From positions 1-27,396 of the IMG/VR virus record IMGVR_UViG_3300033067_000188: DNA of 27,396 nucleotides; one strand, written 5' to 3'. The notes under the pieces are model-generated. The model was not told where the DNA came from. It ran no database searches and saw nothing but the letters and a program-made list of their open reading frames with translations. The translations under genes and the position numbers were made by a program. The stretch's first letter is position 1; every line of letters begins with the position of its first letter. This document shows positions 25,440-27,396 of this stretch, in pieces. The DNA is from a virus. Its lineage: Duplodnaviria; Caudoviricetes.

Positions 25440-26264
25440 TCAATCTACGATCTGAACTTCCCCCGCCTTTGCCTTTGCGGCAACTGCTGCCTGTTCACCC
25501 GGTGCCATACCAGCGAAGTCACCGCGCTTAACAAAGCGCACATCTCCACCGCGTTCACCGCCCTTGCCGTCACTCCCCGAACCGCCCTTGCTCGGAGCCT
25601 TCAGGATCGCATCCTTGTGTGCATAACCCTCGACCAAAATGCTGACCGCCTCATCAAAGTCGGCCACTTCACCAATGCGCGACTTGCTGTAAATCGGCTT
25701 GCCGTCTGCACCAACTGCCACCACCTTGCCGTCCTCAACCTTGAAGTTGCGGGCGAAGGTGGCTTGGAACATCTCAGCCGGAACGCTGATCTTTTCCTGC
25801 ACGAACTTGCTGGAACCGAACGCATTGGCAAGCAGCGTGTCATTGAGCCGTGCCAGAGTGCTGTTGAGTGCGCTTTCCTTCTCAGCAATCACCGCCTCAT
25901 ACTGCGACTTGACCTCGTTGCGCACCTGATCGACCTGACCGGCATCCACAAGCGCCTTCTGGTCCAGTTTGCTGACCGTATCAAGCGCCGACCGGGCGGC
26001 GGCGGGATCAAGCCCTTCAAATGCCTTCAGAGCTGCCTCAGCCTTCTCAGCGCGCTCACGGTGTGCCTTCGCCTCACCATTCAGGCGGCTGATGGTGTCA
26101 ATGGCAATCGTGCCTTCCTGACCATTGGCGTCAACCCACACCGGGTTGCCGTTCTGGACGACTACGTTGCCAGCGTCATCCAGTTTCCAGCCTGCCTTGT
26201 TGCCGTCAAAGGCAACGCGGATCGCACTGAACAGCAGTGCGGTTTTATACGTCTGTCGAATCAT
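25440..26264 (-). CDS. Capsid scaffolding protein (DUF6651-like)
   Basis: KLDDAGNVVVQNGNPV, ISRLNGEAKAHRE, FKVEDGKVVA and GEVADFDEA motifs. AGGTGA RBS before the ATG at 26264. Confidence 0.85.
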   Translation of the reverse strand: MIRQTYKTALLFSAIRVAFDGNKAGWKLDDAGNVVVQNGNPVWVDANGQEGTIAIDTISRLNGEAKAHRERAEKAEAALKAFEGLDPAAARSALDTVSKLDQKALVDAGQVDQVRNEVKSQYEAVIAEKESALNSTLARLNDTLLANAFGSSKFVQEKISVPAEMFQATFARNFKVEDGKVVAVGADGKPIYSKSRIGEVADFDEAVSILVEGYAHKDAILKAPSKGGSGSDGKGGERGGDVRFVKRGDFAGMAPGEQAAVAAKAKAGEVQIVD

Positions 26265-27396
26265 CGGGGTTATCACCTTCTGTGTTATCCGGTGTATCAA
26301 TTCCATCACCGGGGGTTTCACCAAGCAGGCGTTCCACTTCGCGCTCTGCTGTGAACTGCGGGCTGAACAGCCCTCGACGCTTGCATTCTTCCCAATACGT
26401 CTCTTGCGAAATATCGCCAGATTCGCGGGCGGCGCGCAATGCGTCATAATCCTTACCATCCACAAAGTCGTCAAATTCGGTGTACACCGAAACTTCCGCT
26501 TCGTAGTCAATATCCATCCACTTTGCGGTGAGCCGCATCGCGTTCTCAAGCGCATCGGACAAGGCGACCGCCCATGCCTTGACAGCCGACTTGCTCTTGC
26601 CAGCAGCGAACGCCGTGGTCACAGTGGTCAGGTTGCTGCTGCTTGCCGTGAGCGGCTGACGACCCAATTCGCGCAGGTTCAACACCACCGACTCGATGTA
26701 CTTCTGCAAGAACATGAGCGAGTTGCTGGACGGCTCGATATACCGCCAGCTACCGACCGTACCATCACTGTTCGGCGGTGCATACAGCACCATGCTGGGT
26801 CCGCGCGGGATTGGCTTGATCTGACCAGCCTCGTCGCGTTCCGGCTTGACACCATTGCCGGTCAAGGTCGGATAAGCGGTCAGGGTCGTGGTGTAATTCA
26901 GCCCGCTTTCCTGCTGATACAGATGCTCTTGCAGCGAGGCAGCAGCCTTGAGCGGCGGGTCGAACTTGAAGGTTGACCCATCGCGCCGACCGGTAAAGAA
27001 CGGGACCAGCGGAATCTCATCCATGCCGACCAACATGCCGCGTTGCTCAACCACGAAATAAGTCTTGCGGTCGTCGTCCCACTTGTCGGTCTTGACGTAC
27101 AGGGTCCAAGTGACCACCCCGTTCTCATCGCGCACCATCTCGCGGATATGGTCGGGTTTGCCCGGTTCCAAAATCCGCACCATAGTCAACAGGCGGCGAC
27201 CGCTGATGAACCGACTGGTAGCGCGCAGAATGTTGCGAGCCAGCACACGCGACCAGAACGGCCTGATGCCGCTCGCGCGGTACTCGGCCATGTTTGCCAC
27301 ACCATCGGGCATAGGTGGGTGGTCAACGAAAATCCAGTCTGCACCAGACTTGACCGCGCCGTAGAACACGGACGAGGCGAACACGCTGAGGTTGTT
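26245..27396 (-). CDS. Portal protein (DUF4055-like), 5' end outside the window
   Basis: IFVDHP, RPFWSRV, EIPLVPF, PPLK.AA.LQ..LYQQES and GDISQETYWEECKRRG motifs; directly upstream of the scaffold gene. Confidence 0.88.
   Translation of the reverse strand, partial: NNLSVFASSVFYGAVKSGADWIFVDHPPMPDGVANMAEYRASGIRPFWSRVLARNILRATSRFISGRRLLTMVRILEPGKPDHIREMVRDENGVVTWTLYVKTDKWDDDRKTYFVVEQRGMLVGMDEIPLVPFFTGRRDGSTFKFDPPLKAAASLQEHLYQQESGLNYTTTLTAYPTLTGNGVKPERDEAGQIKPIPRGPSMVLYAPPNSDGTVGSWRYIEPSSNSLMFLQKYIESVVLNLRELGRQPLTASSSNLTTVTTAFAAGKSKSAVKAWAVALSDALENAMRLTAKWMDIDYEAEVSVYTEFDDFVDGKDYDALRAARESGDISQETYWEECKRRGLFSPQFTAEREVERLLGETPGDGIDTPDNTEGDNPDDSTDV

Noticed and set aside
25440-26555. 371-aa version of the scaffold ORF, and similarly extended starts at 961, 1689, 7877, 15237 and 21417
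   Set aside because: The extensions overlap upstream genes. The shorter starts have an RBS or start/stop coupling.
1-27396. Prophage, diversity-generating retroelement or hypermodified-base system
   Set aside because: The window contains no integrase, repressor, reverse transcriptase, TR/VR pair or base-modification pathway genes. Lifestyle cannot be determined from this window.

Overview
This window is a continuous 27.4 kb piece of a tailed dsDNA bacteriophage (siphovirus-type). The host is most likely an alphaproteobacterium, which is an inference from promoter style and tail-protein types. No integrase, att site, tRNA, CRISPR array or host gene is visible. From left to right: (i) a minus-strand, translationally coupled operon encoding a sliding-clamp-like protein, an amino-DNA methyltransferase, a DprA/SLOG-like protein, a C39-like Cys-His-Asp protein and the first 15 codons of a probable second methyltransferase; (ii) a plus-strand replication block with a Pro/Ala-rich protein, a Cas4-like exonuclease, an SSB, a structured 225-nt intergenic region and a family B DNA polymerase; (iii) the minus-strand late region, running from portal, scaffold and capsid through head-tail connectors, tail tube, frameshifted chaperones, tape measure, tail tip, GH19 endolysin, two fibres (one with an SGNH esterase), holin and spanins, with one antisense moron-like gene inserted. 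The most interesting signals are a small WDxRIH domain present in circularly permuted form in both the polymerase C-terminus and the stand-alone Pro/Ala-rich protein, a clamp-binding-like QIELPL motif in that same protein next to a divergent clamp-like gene, and a promoter-driven structured RNA with an anti-Shine-Dalgarno loop upstream of the polymerase. All family calls come from motif recognition by eye; no database search was run.
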